Positions 11,377 to 24,910 are shown, counted from the first letter of the whole stretch. The stretch is DNA of 62,921 nt, filler included, from Reticulomyxa filosa (GCA_000512085.1; 21 parts of 21 records of this genome joined end to end with filler, not necessarily neighbours in it); one strand, 5' to 3'. The notes: generated from the sequence alone by a model not told the origin. Program-made: numbers and translations.

Positions 11377-11970
11377 ATGAGAGGCTCCCTTGTGGACATC
11401 AGCAACACTTATCAAAATTTTCACCTTCCAGACGAAAAGTGCATTACTGTGAACAAAGCCGAAAAATTCAACATCACGCCTATGCAAAGTCAAGTCATAC
11501 AATCTCAAAACAGTTTCGGACCTCACAAACATTCAACTTTTCTATTTGTTTGTTTTTGTTTTTGTTTTTTTTTTGCAAATTTAATTGTTGTATGCTTAAG
11601 CGTGTTCCCGGAAAATTCTACGTACACGCTTGTTTTTTTGTTTGTAACAGTCAACAAAAATTTTGAAACGCCGGCCTTTGTCTTATACCCGCATCCAACA
11701 CAAACACATTTGGGGAATAGCTTTGAAAAATTGAATTGTGAAAATTGTTTGCAGCTGTTGAATCAAGCGAATAGAACAAATGATGTGATTATGTTGTACG
11801 ACTGTTGCGAATACGTGTTGAAAAATTTGTCGGAAGTTTCTTTCGAGCATTGGACTCATTTGCAATGGCAAGATTTCAAATGTTTGTTGTTGTTTGGCTT
11901 GAACCACAGTGCTGACACTGTTTATTTTGGGGGGGAGTTGATTGTTATTTATCTCAAAAGTTTAACAATG
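11377..11970 (+). CDS. Protein with BACK-like helical domain (5' part)
   Basis: LNCENCLQLLNQANRTNDVIMLYDCCEYVLKNLSEVSFEHWTHLQWQDFKCLL resembles the BACK consensus L..ENC..I...A.......L...C..FI..NF.EV...EF..L....L..LL. Probable intron at about 11512-11650; donor at 11971. Confidence 0.5.
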
Positions 11971-12719
11971 GTGAATAAAAGCACAGCCATGTTAAAATGA
12001 GAATATGTATACATATATATGTATATATATGTATTCGCACATAAGCTTTACTTTTTTTTTTTTCCCCCCCCCCNNNNNNNNNNNNNNNNNNNNNNNNNNN
12101 NNNNNNNNNNNNNNNNNTTAATTAATTAANNNNNNNNNNNNNNNNNNNNNNNNNNNNNNNNNNNNNNNNNNNNAAACAGTTAAAAAATACCAAAATTTTA
12201 TTGAGTAGCTCCAGAAAAAAAAATTAGAGTTTTTACAACAAGCTATCTTTTTGGGTTTGAAAGTTATTACTTTAAAATTCAACAGATCCATCGAGTAATA
12301 TTTACACGTTTAGACTTAATTCTAAAGTGCAATGCACAAAATACTCCACAATAAGTTAGTGCTTATCCTTTCGATTTTACTAGTCTAGTATATGGAGTTA
12401 TGTTTTGTAAAGAATTCCTTACTTTATTCTCTGTTTGCGTATTAACGAAAAAAAGGAAATTGTCTTTTGAATGGAAATACCATGATTGAAGGGAGTTAGT
12501 GCTTCTGTCCAATTTTCTGCAGTCCAAGAATTCTGGAACAAATTTATACTAAATTTCTGTTTGGGAGTTATATCTGATGTTGTTGTTGAAAAGTTTTGCT
12601 GAAACGGCCTGCTTAGCCCTTTTGCCAGGCAACTTTTTTCAAAGTCAAAGTCAATGTTAATCACATTTTAAGACCTGACGAAAAGGCAAACCCAGGGTTA
12701 TTTATTATAGGAAAAAGAA

Positions 12720-13650
12720 AACATTCATAGAAAGTAAAAGAGATTACAATGATCATTGAACATTGGCGACAATCTTTGCCTTCAAATTGGGATGGATCGA
12801 TGAATTTAACATGCTCACTTTGCGGAATATTTGGGCATATCTTTGTTTTGTTTTAATACCTAAATGCAAAAAAAAAAGTTAGTGAGATATTTCAAGCTAT
12901 TGAAAGAAGGCCATACATATCCAAAGTCTGTGAGCAACGTACAATTTTCATGTGACGGGACTAAAATTGGTTCATCGTCAGCGGGTAAAAAAATTCAAAT
13001 ATTAGGAAGACGATACTGTTCGTTACATGGGCATTCTGATATTGTTAATAGTGCTCAATTTTTATCTGATGGCAAAATGGTGATGATCAAACAACTTGGC
13101 TATGGGATATAAACTCAAAAAAAGAAATTATAAAATTCAAAGATATTGGCTATGTAACAAGTGCGCCGTTGTGCCAGATGGGAACTTTATTACTTCAAGC
13201 TCAAAAGATTATACTGTCCGATTATGGAATGTAAAGTCTGGTAAAGAAATAAAGCGGCTCAGACATGCAAATGGGATAAATGATGTGCAATTTTCACCAA
13301 GTGGACAATTTGCTGTGTTCTCTTGTTGATAGTATTATTTAGTTTGATCTACAATTGGGGGGAAAATTGAGCTGAATAGACACAATTGATCTTGAATAGA
13401 GCTCAATATTCTCCAGTGGGAAAACTATTGTCTCTTGTTCAAGTGATATAACAATTCGAATATGGCGCTCGACGTCACAAAAAGAATCAAAGCGTTAAAG
13501 GACATTCAGGTATTGTATCATGTTCAGACGATACAACAATACGACTGTGGGATGTACAGGGAATAAATACAAAATTATCCTCGTTGATGTTTCACCAGAT
13601 GGAATACTATTGCATTGTTCAAATTGAAAAACAATTCGCTATGGGTATTA
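12720..13650 (+). pseudogene. WD40-repeat pseudogene
   Basis: Family N-terminal motif (IIEHW...KLGWIDEFN) followed by WD40 pieces (VQFSCDGTKIGSSS, GHSDIVNSAQF, SKDYTVRLWNVKSGKEI), broken by many frameshifts, stops and deletions. Confidence 0.8.
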
Positions 13651-13945
13651 GTATGACTAATTTTTGTTTTTTACTAACTTTTCAGATACAAAACGAATTA
13701 TTTTTTCTTATTTGTATTTAATCTCAATTCAAAAACGGTCGAGCGAAAGTTATCATGTGCTTGGTCTTCGTTGTAATTTTTAAGCTTTTAAGCAGTCAAT
13801 TAAACGAAATAAAGGCGAGCACTGGTTGTAGAAAAATTTAAGTCAGTTCAAAAAAAAAAGGAATTCCCTAAAAATCAAAGTTCATTTTGAAAACATTAAG
13901 ATTTTTGAAATTGGATTTTAGGTAGTCGTAGATAAAAGATTTAAC

Positions 13946-15129
13946 ATGACTGATGGCCGAATTACGCGTGGTTCCTTTTTTACTGTCAACCACAACGAGA
14001 CTACAACGCCGCAGTTGGTAGTTCTCGTCTGCTATTTGGACATTAACGTAAATGTATTTTAAACAAAAACAACAGCCAGAAAAAGAAATAAAGCTAATAG
14101 TCCAAAATTGGTTGCGGATTTTACTTGTGAAATTTGGATGGACTTGTGATTTAAATAAAATTATTTTCAAATATGTTAAGCCACTTGTTTCATTTTATTC
14201 AGTATTTCGATTCTATTAAAGATGGATTGTTATAATCAAACTAGGCTAAATATTTTCAATTGTTGAAAACTTTAGAAGGGCACAGTAATGGAATAAACAC
14301 CGTGAGATTTTCGCCAAATGGTAGCAGAGTTGTTTCGTCATCCTATGATAAAACAGTCAGAATATGGGACGTTGCATCAGGAAAACAAATTCGAATTTTT
14401 AAAGGACATGACCATTGGGTCAATGTAGCAGAATTTTCACCCAATGGGCAGATAGTCGCTTCAGGTTCGGCAGACAGTACAGTTCGCTTATGGGATGTAG
14501 ATATAGGAACGGAATTGATGAAACTCAAAGGACATTCGAGTTGGGTATGGGATGTATGCTTTTCTCCAGATGGTAAGAAGCTTGTGTCGGGTTCAGCTGA
14601 TGGGACAATACGTTTGTGGGATGTGAATTCTGGAAAAGAGACACAAAAGCTAGTTGGCCATTCAGATGGGATATGGTGTGCGCAATTTTCACCAGATGGC
14701 CAAATGATTGTATCAGCATCTCATGACAAAACAATTGCATTATGGAATGCAAATTCAGGCGAAAGAATCAAACAATTAATAGGACATTCCAACCCTGTAA
14801 AGATTGCAAAATTTTCCCCTAATGGCCAATTTATTGTGTCTTGTTCATATGATAATACAATTCGAATATGGAATGTGAAATCAGGAAAAGAAGTGAAAAT
14901 ATTGAAAGAGCATTCAGGTGCGGTGGATGATGTGAAATATTTTCCAAATGGTCAAACTATTATATCATGCTCAGCCGATAAGACAATCCGAATGTGGGAC
15001 ACAAAAACAGGAGACGAAATACTGAAATTGGAAGAACATTTTGATCTTGTAACAGGGATTGATGTTTCGTCAAATGGTAGTAGAATTGTGTCATGTTCCT
15101 GGGACAAAACAATTCGAATTTGGGGATAG
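13946..15129 (+). CDS. Intact 7-bladed WD40-repeat protein, 3 exons
   Basis: Exons 13946-14017, 14076-14174 and 14245-15129. Seven regular GH...FSPNG...D.TIRIW repeats ending in IRIWG*. Confidence 0.92.
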
Positions 15130-16426
15130 ACTTGGACAAACAAAATGAAATTTGTTTTTGTTCATCAGAAAAAATTACATCCAAAATTTTGTATTATTTA
15201 TTTTTTTGAAGTAAGAAACTTTCAATAATAATAAAAAAGAAATTACAATTGAGCAAACAAAGATTTGTATAAGTGACACTGAAGTCCTTTATATATAAAT
15301 GCGACTTGTTCTAACAATGAAAATTTCAAATATCTACTACAATCATATGGACAAAAAGTTAATGGTAACATTAAAAATGATAAAATTCTCAATGTCTTCT
15401 TTTGTTAAGCATCGATCGATTTTAGTAAATTGTCTTTAATATCCGTTTTAAATACAACAATACCTTCCAATTTCGTGTGATACTATTTTTTAAAAAATTT
15501 TATTTTGTAGGCTGCATTATTCAACGGAATTATTCGTCACAATCGCCACAATTCTAATGCCAGCACGTGAAATATTCTATATCCAGATACAACGCTGTTA
15601 TCACTCGGAGAGGATCAATTATCATTTAGATTATACGCAGGTTACATTCGTTAAATTCCTTTCTAATTTTATCCTTGCATATGTTTGAGATAGACCCAGA
15701 GCGATCATTACCATCTTCCAAAAATATAACAATAAAATAATTTAAGAGTTGCACAAATAAGTATCTTGCGTTTTGAATGTATTGCCGTTTTTGTTATGTC
15801 TAATTGATGATTCTATCTTTTTTTAATAACAAAATTACATCTTTGTTTCTTTTACTTTCATTTTTTTTATTCGTTCCACTCTCCAAAGTGCTCAACGCTT
15901 TCTCTGGCTTTGTTTCAAAACAATGAAAACTTATCAAATTAATCACCTGTACTCGTTTTCTTGTATAAATAGAAGCAACAGTCTCTTGCATATTGTATGT
16001 TATGTATTGGGTGCACATTGAGCGAATTCACAAAAGGATAAGTTTCAAAAAGGAGTTTTCAGCGCAATGTTATTCGTCCGCTTTTATGTTAGCTTAGTCT
16101 GATTTGCAATAGTCCAAAAAAAGAATGAATTTCACATTATGAATTGATAATTTTATACAAATTGGAGCTGTATGCGATATTTGTGACAGTTGAAAAAGTT
16201 GTTTTTTTGCAACAATTTCACCAGAAAATTATAAAATCTTATACTAATTGTAATATTGGATATTTGATCCCCAAAGAAATTTTGTATGACCTTGTATTAT
16301 TTGTTTTTTATATTCGTATATTGCTTACAATGGGATAGGGCAATCAAATATCTGCCATACTATGAAAAGAGAGGGGGGGGGGAAAAAAAAAGAAAGAAAG
16401 TGTGAATTTGGTTGTAACGTGTGGAA

Positions 16427-17108
16427 TCATTGAACACTTTTGCAGTACTTGATGTAAGCATCAGAGAGTTTGAAGCGAGCAAAGTTATCATGCATTAAAG
16501 CATAGAGTTCCCAGGAGCACACGTCAAAGACGCCGTAGTCGATGTCCGTTTGTAGACGTGCATGTCCGTGTTGAGCGATCACTTCGTTGTAAAGTCGAGT
16601 GAGAGCAAATCTGGTTTGGGAAGACACGTTCAAAGCAAACTTGCTGTGAGTGAAGATGTACTTTTCGACAAGCAACTTGAATTTAGTGTTTGGCGTGAGT
16701 GTATCGTCATACACAATCTCCGACTGTACAATGTCGGACGGCAAGTCGACATGGAACGCTGAACACTCAGAAGAAAACTGGAGCGACTTGATTTTATCCT
16801 CCGAGTCGGTGGTCGTAGGCACTGTGACAGTGACCAAACGTTCCATATTTCGAGAGAGCAGTTGGCGAATGCCGAGTTTGCCATCCCCACTCATCTCCAC
16901 CACCTTTTGCTCTTTCACTATTGTCGTGCTGTTGTCACGCGAGTTCGTGGCAGACAAATCGCCTCCTTTCAGAGGATCTTCAAACATTGCTGCAATGTTC
17001 AGTATGCCTGTCGGCGTTTGCACGTTCTGTTTGGGTGCTGTCGATTGTGACCCTTTCGTTTGTGCGATCAACAAGAAATTGCGAAATTGGGTGAATTCGA
17101 TAAGTAAC
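16427..17108 (-). CDS. RGS (regulator of G-protein signalling) domain protein, last exon
   Basis: LLIEFTQFR (helix 4), a long insert, then LVEKYIFTHSKFALNVSSQTR...VFD....LYALMHDNFARFKLSDAY, the RGS motifs YI......E.NI and LM..D.F.RF..S. Confidence 0.8.
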
Positions 17109-17560
17109 CTTTTTTTTTTAAAAAAAAAAAAAAAAAAATACGTCTTCTAACCTTTCCCTTCTCTCCCCCCCNNNNNNNNNNNNNNNNNNNNNNNNNNNNN
17201 NNNNNNNNNNNNNNNTTAATTAATTAANNNNNNNNNNNNNNNNNNNNNNNNNNNNNNNNNNNNNNNNNNNNATGATTGAAATTCTGCTTTTTTCAACATA
17301 GTCGCAATTATTCTCTTTGACAAACAAAACAAGCAGCTTCAATCTTATGTTCGCTTTCTTATTCGTACATTTTTTTACTTGGTTTATTGCATGTTTTTTC
17401 TTTGGGACAAGAAAACTTAACAAAAATTCTTTTTCAAGATAACAAAGAAAATGCAACTGTAGCCCAGAATTTACACTAAGGGAAGACAAATACATTAAGT
17501 AAGATTCATTAGATTGGACAATTCAACGTATGATCTTTCGGAATTGTTAACAACTCAAAG

Positions 17561-17630
17561 ACATGACAGATTTAAAAAAAAAAAAATGGAACTAGCCCCT
17601 TTTTGAGCACACTTTCGGTTGTCTGATATT
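17561..17630 (+). repeat. Dispersed ~65-bp repeat, copy 1
   Basis: AAAAAATGGAACTAGCCCCTTTTTGAGCACACTTTCGGTTGTCT, similar to 18505-18570 and to the reverse complement of 20065-20121. Confidence 0.6.
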
Positions 17631-18504
17631 ATCTTCGCACTTTTCAGCAGAATTTTAATTTTAGTTGATTTTTTTTGTATTCTTCATTGAAATTAAAGGT
17701 ATTTTGAAAGTACTTTTGTTTTTTGTGAACGTGTTTGAAGGGAGCAGCGTTTTTTGACTCACTTGGTCTTACAAGCCTTGAAGAACCTCGTTTCAGTGTG
17801 TCCACATGATCAAGAGGAAGAAGAAAGATGGAAGTGGTGTTATGAAACTAATATGAAGAGTCTAAGCTAAACAAAAGCTAACCAAAAATTGTTGAATAAT
17901 CAAATAGCAAACAATAACTGACAATGAATTACTGTAATCAACAATACAAAATGAAGCAATATCAGTCATGGAAATTTTTGTTATCAGTACAAAATTTTTA
18001 TATTGTATATCCTCAACAATGGGCAAGATGTCTTTGTATTCAAGATTTGTGCAAATCATATTAATAACTAAATTTCTCAATGTGGAGCCAGTATTTAATA
18101 TTTTTGTTAACTTCTGTCTCCATTTGAAAAGCACTAAAATTGTTGAGTGACCGTTTTTCAAAAAATAAGTGTGTTGATTATATTCTCATTTGCACTGCAG
18201 CTAGTCTTTCAATGATTGGCTTAGCAAGTTAAGAAAAAAAAATTAATAATATTGTGTATTCAAAAAATAATTCCTTCATAATTCTTGAGCGTTGCCAATT
18301 ATAATTTACTCTTAAGTGGAAATAAGAATATCAAGTCGTCCACGTAGCAAATAAAAAAGGTTATTTTTCATTTGCTGAACAGATATTTAAACGTCTGACA
18401 CCTAAGTAAGATTTTTCTTACAAACGACAAATACATTGTTGAAAAGACAAGTAGTAACATTTGTGTTTCTTTATACTAATGTCTTGAACAGAGTTAACAA
18501 AAAA

Positions 18505-18570
18505 GATGAAAGATACAAAAATAAAAAAATGGAACCAGCCCCCTTTTTGAGAACCTTTTCAGTTGTCTAA
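18505..18570 (+). repeat. Dispersed ~65-bp repeat, copy 2
   Basis: GATGAAAGATACAAAAATAAAAAAATGGAACCAGCCCCCTTTTTGAGAACCTTTTCAGTTGTCT. Confidence 0.65.
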
Positions 18571-18758
18571 ATTTTATTGTTGTATTTTTTTATGAGTTAT
18601 ACTTTCACTTTCTTTTATTTATGTAATTTTATTGGATATGTTTTTATTTTCTTTTTTTNNNNNNNNNNNNNNNNNNNNNNNNNNNNNNNNNNNNNNNNNN
18701 NNTTAATTAATTAANNNNNNNNNNNNNNNNNNNNNNNNNNNNNNNNNNNNNNNNNNNN

Positions 18759-18794
<36 letters not shown>

Positions 18795-18822
18795 GGTGGG
18801 AATAGTTTAAGATCAGCCGCTT

Positions 18823-19694
18823 ACCAAAAAGTGCACCCAAATGTAACCATCCTCACCCAACGAAGAAGAGCCCTTCCACACAAACTCCAAGTCTTTGTTT
18901 TGTTCTCGTTGTTGCATTTGACGATAGTTGATACGCCACATTCCAAAGGCGTCAAAGCCAACCTCGCTCCACAGTCCTCCGGTTACATAGCTGTGGCCAA
19001 ATGGATCCACGTGCCATCCAACAGTGGGACGCCCATTGTCCCCAAACTGTCGCAGGATGAATTGCTGTCCATCAGTCATTTGACGGACTATCGAGGACAA
19101 TGTTGGGCACGCCTTGTGTAGATTCAGACACATACACAATATTTTGTTGTTGTTTTGTTCCGAATAGTGTGTATTATACGTTTAAAAAAATTTTGAACAT
19201 TGTTCTGCTCCCTTTTTTTTAAAGTTAAAAAAACCTACCTCGTCATTCATCGCCCAACCTCCCAAATTGAATTGTAGCTGTCCATTGTCGACAAGTGTGC
19301 GGACTGTGTCTTTCATGACATCGTCCTGTTCGTTCCACCAGCGAGAAAAGTAGGCTTGCTCAACGTAGGTAAATTTACGCATTGGGTTGTCCACTAACAC
19401 TGGAATCATCGTGTCCAAAATCCATTGCACTTCTTGTATATAATACTCATCCGTCGTTATTATCCAACCTAAAGTTTAAATATCAATTTTCAGACATTGT
19501 GCAAGCTTCACTCTCCTCTTTTTTTCTTTTTCATGTTGCGCTTCTGCTCCCTTTCTTTCACTTCTCACAAAGACCTTACCGACGTCGTCGTGAGTATGCG
19601 TAATAACATGGATAGTGATGTGGTCACCAGTAATTTGACCAAGCGCAAGATTACTGCAAAGAGTAGTCAACGCGACCAACACAGCGCTCAACAT
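18823..19694 (-). CDS. MAN2B1: Lysosomal-type alpha-mannosidase, GH38 (5' part)
   Basis: Signal peptide, then HTHDDVG/W (Zn-binding H.H.D.GW), RKFTYVEQAYFSRWW, GQLQFNLGGWAMNDE/A and the nucleophile motif GWHVDPFGHS. Three exons with GT-AG introns. Confidence 0.93.
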
Positions 19695-20064
19695 ATTTAT
19701 AAAGGTTCACAATTAAAAATTTTCCTTAGTGTACTCTTTTGCACAAAGTAAGATTTGTTAAAAAAGCACTAATTGAAAGGAGTTTAGCGCTGATTAGTTA
19801 TAACAGATGGACAATAAGTTCTTTTTACAAAATCTTTCACAGTAATAAATGGAAAAATTTACATCATGTATAAATGATCTACGTTCTCCAAATAAAAGTG
19901 CTAGTTGTTCCTTAAGGAAAAAATATAGACAAATAATCATCGCGTCGATTATGTTGACCGATTCGGATCACACAATAAGACAACTACCTTTTTTTTGTTA
20001 TCAAATGGCCAAAACAAAAAAATGAGTTCAATCATTAAAATGTTATGATGAAATTGGTCGAGCC

Positions 20065-20121
20065 TAAAAGGTTCTTAAAAGGGGTCTTATTCCATTTTTT
20101 ATATTTTTTTTATCTTTCATC
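20065..20121 (-). repeat. Dispersed ~65-bp repeat, copy 3 (different contig)
   Basis: The reverse complement reads GATGAAAGATAAAAAAAATATAAAAAATGGAATAAGACCCCTTTTAAGAACCTTTT. Confidence 0.65.
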
Positions 20122-21225
20122 AGGTGGTCTATCTTTTTTTCAAGGGATGTGCTGTCTTTTTAAAATTTATTGAAAATTGAGGAAGTTACGTACAACAAAC
20201 TAGCCAGACGGCAAGTCTTAATTTGGCTATTACTTAAAAAAAAAACACACTAAAAGTTTGTGATATTATGAAGTAAAATTACTTTGTTATTGTCACTTAT
20301 GCAAGATATTATTACGTTTAACAAATACAATTGTCTATCTTCAAGTTCTTTTAATACAAATTTTAAGAAAAGTAGTTATTTATTGAAGTTTTGCTATTTT
20401 GTTTGATATGATCCAACAATGCAGTTGTGTTCTTTTTTTGAGACGTATTGTCAATACCATATTGTCTTCAATAGAATAATGGTCTCAGTTAATCTGTTAT
20501 AAGTGAGACTAACAAAGCACACTTACGTTGTATCGCTATAATCATAGTTTTGCTTTGGTGGAACACCAGAAACTCAACATCTGTCAGCCAATACAGAAAG
20601 AAAATTATAATATCCAGTAAAAAAGCAAAAACTTAATGACTTGTTTTTCACAAGCGAAAGTATAGTCCCAGTGGAACTGTGAGTCGTTTGAGGAGTAAAT
20701 TTTTCTCAAAGCCGTTGTGTTCATTGCAAGTACTCATGTCCATTAAAAATGTATTAAGTGACGGAGACATGAGACAAAATATCTAAAACTGTAAGAATTT
20801 GTTGAAAATTGTCATACTTATGTGCAAGAGTGAATTTGAAAAGAAGAAAATGTCATGTTTTTGCGTCTTGTGTATTCTAAACTATATCTTCAAAGAAGAT
20901 AGTTCTTTACTTTGTTCGTTATATACAGTTTGCAGATTATTTACGGGATTTTGTCTCACTGCTTCCAACTCTGTTCATTTACATGCATAGTTTTTTAGTT
21001 TTGTGTTGTATATACGTATACGAGAAAAAATAATTTCTTTCAAACTAAAATTGATTTAATATTTCCCCCTTCGACTGATTTAGTCTTTATACGTGAGAAA
21101 AGTTAACCTTTCTTTGTATCCGTCCNNNNNNNNNNNNNNNNNNNNNNNNNNNNNNNNNNNNNNNNNNNNTTAATTAATTAANNNNNNNNNNNNNNNNNNN
21201 NNNNNNNNNNNNNNNNNNNNNNNNN

Positions 21226-21265
<40 letters not shown>

Positions 21266-21266
<1 letters not shown>

Positions 21267-22142
21267 ACGGACAAAATTGATGAGCAATTAAAACAGTTCA
21301 ATTCTTTAGAAGAACGTCCGTTTCATGTGGATCACAAAAGACATGATAGTGATAATTCCGTTGCTCCTGCCAAACTTGGTCCAAGACAAATTGGCAAGAA
21401 TGAACATTACCAAGGTATTGAATACTACGATCCTTTCTCACAAAGAGAATTTTTAAAAGAGCATATGTGGTATCCTTCGTCTGAAATCAAAGATCCTTAT
21501 CAAGTTAATCCAGTCCCTTTTTTTTTTTCTCTATCTCTCTCTCTCTCTCTCTCTACTATCTCTTCATTCAAAAATCATATGAATTGAATTCCTCAAAATC
21601 TTTAAAAATAAACGCATCAATGAAATTCGAAACAGGGCCAAATGTCTCGACTTGCAAAGAAATTGCCTCCAGAAAAACAACGAATTCTGTTCAACACACC
21701 ACCTCCCACTGGATTTCATTCGGTATTATTTGCTTTCTCATCTTGTTTTTTCCAAAAAATAGTTGCAATGTTTTGTCTGTTTTGTTTGTTTTAGAAACTG
21801 GTCTGGCTCAAAACTCTGTACGAATTGGCGCAGGGAGAATTGAGAGACCTCAGAGGACAAGGCTACGACGTTGATGAAGACGGAAATGTAGTTTCACTGA
21901 ACACGCCTGCGAAAACACACAAGATATCTGCAAGCGAAACAAAAATATCAGAATTTAATCCAAAACAAGAAAATTCCACAGATGTCGACGAAGAAGTAAG
22001 TGATGAAAGCGAATCAGATTATGAACTCGAACCCATTACTCTCAAACATGAACAGCATTCGCATTATCGTCAAAGGACATTTAGTAAAAAAGATCTGGAT
22101 TCATTGGTAAAAGCGTTGCAAGGATTTAGCACACAAATTTGA
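21266..22142 (+). CDS. Hypothetical protein, 3' exons
   Basis: Three plausible exons (about 21266-21502, 21636-21722, 21795-22142) with GT-AG borders give a continuous hydrophilic protein ending KALQGFSTQI*. No family recognised. Confidence 0.55.
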
Positions 22143-23008
22143 TGTGCAAAAAGGTGTGTGTGCGGTGTTTTGTTAATTTTCTTTCTTTTAATCCAAATTG
22201 AATAAAGAGGACAAATATTATTGGTTTTTATTGTAGTGTGTTTACTTGGAGAAGCAATCTCCATCTTACAAATGTTTGACAAAATTTATAAGCTTGGTAC
22301 ATTTAGTTCGGACATTTTTTTTAAAAGTATACTATAGATCTTTTTTTCATCAAAATCCTTATGACATTTTTAATTTACTTTTTTTCTGAGTTTTAAAGTT
22401 GAGCGTGCAATCAAGCTGAAGGAAATCTTTGAAATTCACTAAAGTAAAAAAGTTGCATGTTTGTCATTGAAATCTCTTCTTCAAATAACTCAAATTATAA
22501 GTAAGCATAACTGAAAATGATATGGAATGTTTCACTCACTTTTAACTTTAGGTCCGGAAAAGCATGGAGACAAAATGATAACACAAATCTTTATGAAATG
22601 CCAACAGAGTAACATAAATATATGGCTGTTGGATCTGAAGATAATATTGAGAATGAGGAAGGAGAAAAATAAGAAAAATCGGATTTTGGAATGACTTTGA
22701 GATAATTGAAAGACAGAATAACCATAAGAACTGAAAAATAAAATGAAGAAAATAATCAAAAGTTCGAGATCACGTTGATTGAATGAAATGGAGGAAATAT
22801 GAATAAAATGAGGAATAGAAAAGCACAAATCCCAATGAGTGAGAAGTAAGAATATGAGATAAGAATGTTCTAACATAATAATATTGGATGAAGGACGATG
22901 ATTATTATNNNNNNNNNNNNNNNNNNNNNNNNNNNNNNNNNNNNNNNNNNNNTTAATTAATTAANNNNNNNNNNNNNNNNNNNNNNNNNNNNNNNNNNNN
23001 NNNNNNNN

Positions 23009-23215
23009 GGATCATTTGATAATACAATTCGTTTTTGGGATATTAGATCAAATAAGAATCAATTGTATATGATCAAAGGAGATAAGATACGTGATTATGG
23101 AATATGTTGTTTTAAATTTATTGTATTGAAAAAGAAAGAGGATACAAAGAAAGTTACATATGATTTGAATTTGTGTTATGGTTCACGCAATTGTCTCATT
23201 CGTGTTTGGGGATAA
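23009..23215 (+). CDS. C-terminal end of a WD40-repeat protein
   Basis: Open from the contig start: GSFDNTIRFWDIRSNKNQLYMIKGD...GICCFKF...LNLCYGSRNCLIRVWG*. Confidence 0.85.
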   Translation, partial: GSFDNTIRFWDIRSNKNQLYMIKGDKIRDYGICCFKFIVLKKKEDTKKVTYDLNLCYGSRNCLIRVWG

Positions 23216-24314
23216 TTTACTTTTTGTCGAATAAGAAATGAAATTGGTTTTTTTTAGAAAAGTAAGGAGATATTAAATTTGTTTGATTTGATTGAATGAT
23301 ATTGAAAATTTTTTTTTTTCGTACTTTTGTCAAATAACGAAACTAGTTTGCTTTGAAAGTTGTAATATTCTTTCAATTTTTTGTTTCACTTTTTATCTCA
23401 AAATCTACGCCTTAAAATAGACATAAGGACCAAGTATCTTCAAATTGATTTGTGTGTAGCTTTGTAAACATTAATTTGAACTTAAAACAAAAATGCTTGA
23501 ATAAAATCCCTTTTCTTTCTTTTTAAGAAGCCTTTCAAATAAAGCTTTTTTCTTACTTTTGGCATGTTATTCACATAAAAGAGTTTTTTGAAACAAACAA
23601 CTTTCACATTCCAAACAAGACGTGTATATTTACTTCATTTAGTATAACAAATATTTTTTATTTGTTTAATTTTGACAAATTAGTGTTTTTGAACATAATT
23701 CGATTGTATATCTGAAAAAATTGCTACACATCAATTTAAATTAGGAAATGAAAAATAACAAAAGAATAATCCGTATAATCGCAATAGTGAGCCAATCATT
23801 AAATTAAAAGGTTGAAATAAGATAAGTAACATTTTGATTTTGGATCGAGTTTAAAAAAAAAACACATGTGAAAATAGTTAAACAATACAATGAAAGCCAA
23901 AGAAAAACATCAGAGCATAGCGAGAGTTGGGATAGCTTAACATTAACAAAAACTTTTTTGCATTCGTTCGACGTGTCAATATCATTGATGCCAAGAGTAC
24001 CTATGGAAGACAACATACAATTTTTTGATTTATTTTTGTTTGGAATTTGGAGAAATCGCAAATACCTGTGTCACCATTCCGATATCAGTTTGTGTGCTTA
24101 TGTGTTGTGCGCATCGCAATCGTTTTACACTTTATTTTGTTTTTTTTGATTGGGTGAGAAAAGAGATCATATTCAAAAAAATTGATTGGTTGCCTTTGAC
24201 TTGTCGACAACAAAAATGCATGTACAACTCTAGTCCATTGTAAATACGATTGTCGTCTTCCCACGCGTTCCAGCACAATTGTTATTTGAGGCTGTTCTTT
24301 GCGAGGCAAAGATA

Positions 24315-24910
24315 GTTCTAATCGAACTGATACAAGCTTCGCAAGAGAAAGAGAGTTCTTTGAATCAAGTAATAATTGCCCGTGATTTTGACAAATTCGT
24401 CAAAATTTCTCAAAAGAGTGAAAAGCTCGACACCCGGCATGCCTTTTCGAATATCATTATCCAAGAGATTATAATTTCGATAAAGTAAGAGTCCATACGT
24501 TTGGGGGATCGAAACCCCATTTCATTGACCTTTTCGACAATACGTATCGGTCAGTGCAATGACCAGTTCGGCCAAGTGAGTTCTTCCTTGGAAAGGTACT
24601 TGAACTGGCCATAGCCAATAAATCCGAGACTTCCATCGGGCATGAGCAAGATGTTGCTAGGGTGAGTATCCCCATTGAACACCGCATTCTTGAAGATCTG
24701 ATATCCTTGCACCAACAGCAATGTCTTTTGAAAACGCGACGAATTGGGCACCACGGGCGGAGAGGTAAGGGCATCCAAGTCGACAGAATGTCAAGCAATG
24801 TCAGCAGGACGAACAGCAGCGCAAGTTTGCAATTGAAGCAAAACGCCAGCGCATTGCACAGATATCTCAGCATTTTTAATGTGTACGATACACGAAAGAT
24901 TATCATGCAA
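24315..24910 (-). pseudogene. ABC1/UbiB (ADCK) atypical kinase pseudogene
   Basis: QGYQIFKNAVFNGDTHPSNILLMPDGSLGFIGYGQFKYL is a degenerate Q.F..G.FNGDPHPGNI....DGRLGLIDYGQ. Downstream GNYYLIQRTLFLLRSL lies in another frame. Frameshifts; the DFG-equivalent Asp is lost. Confidence 0.7.
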
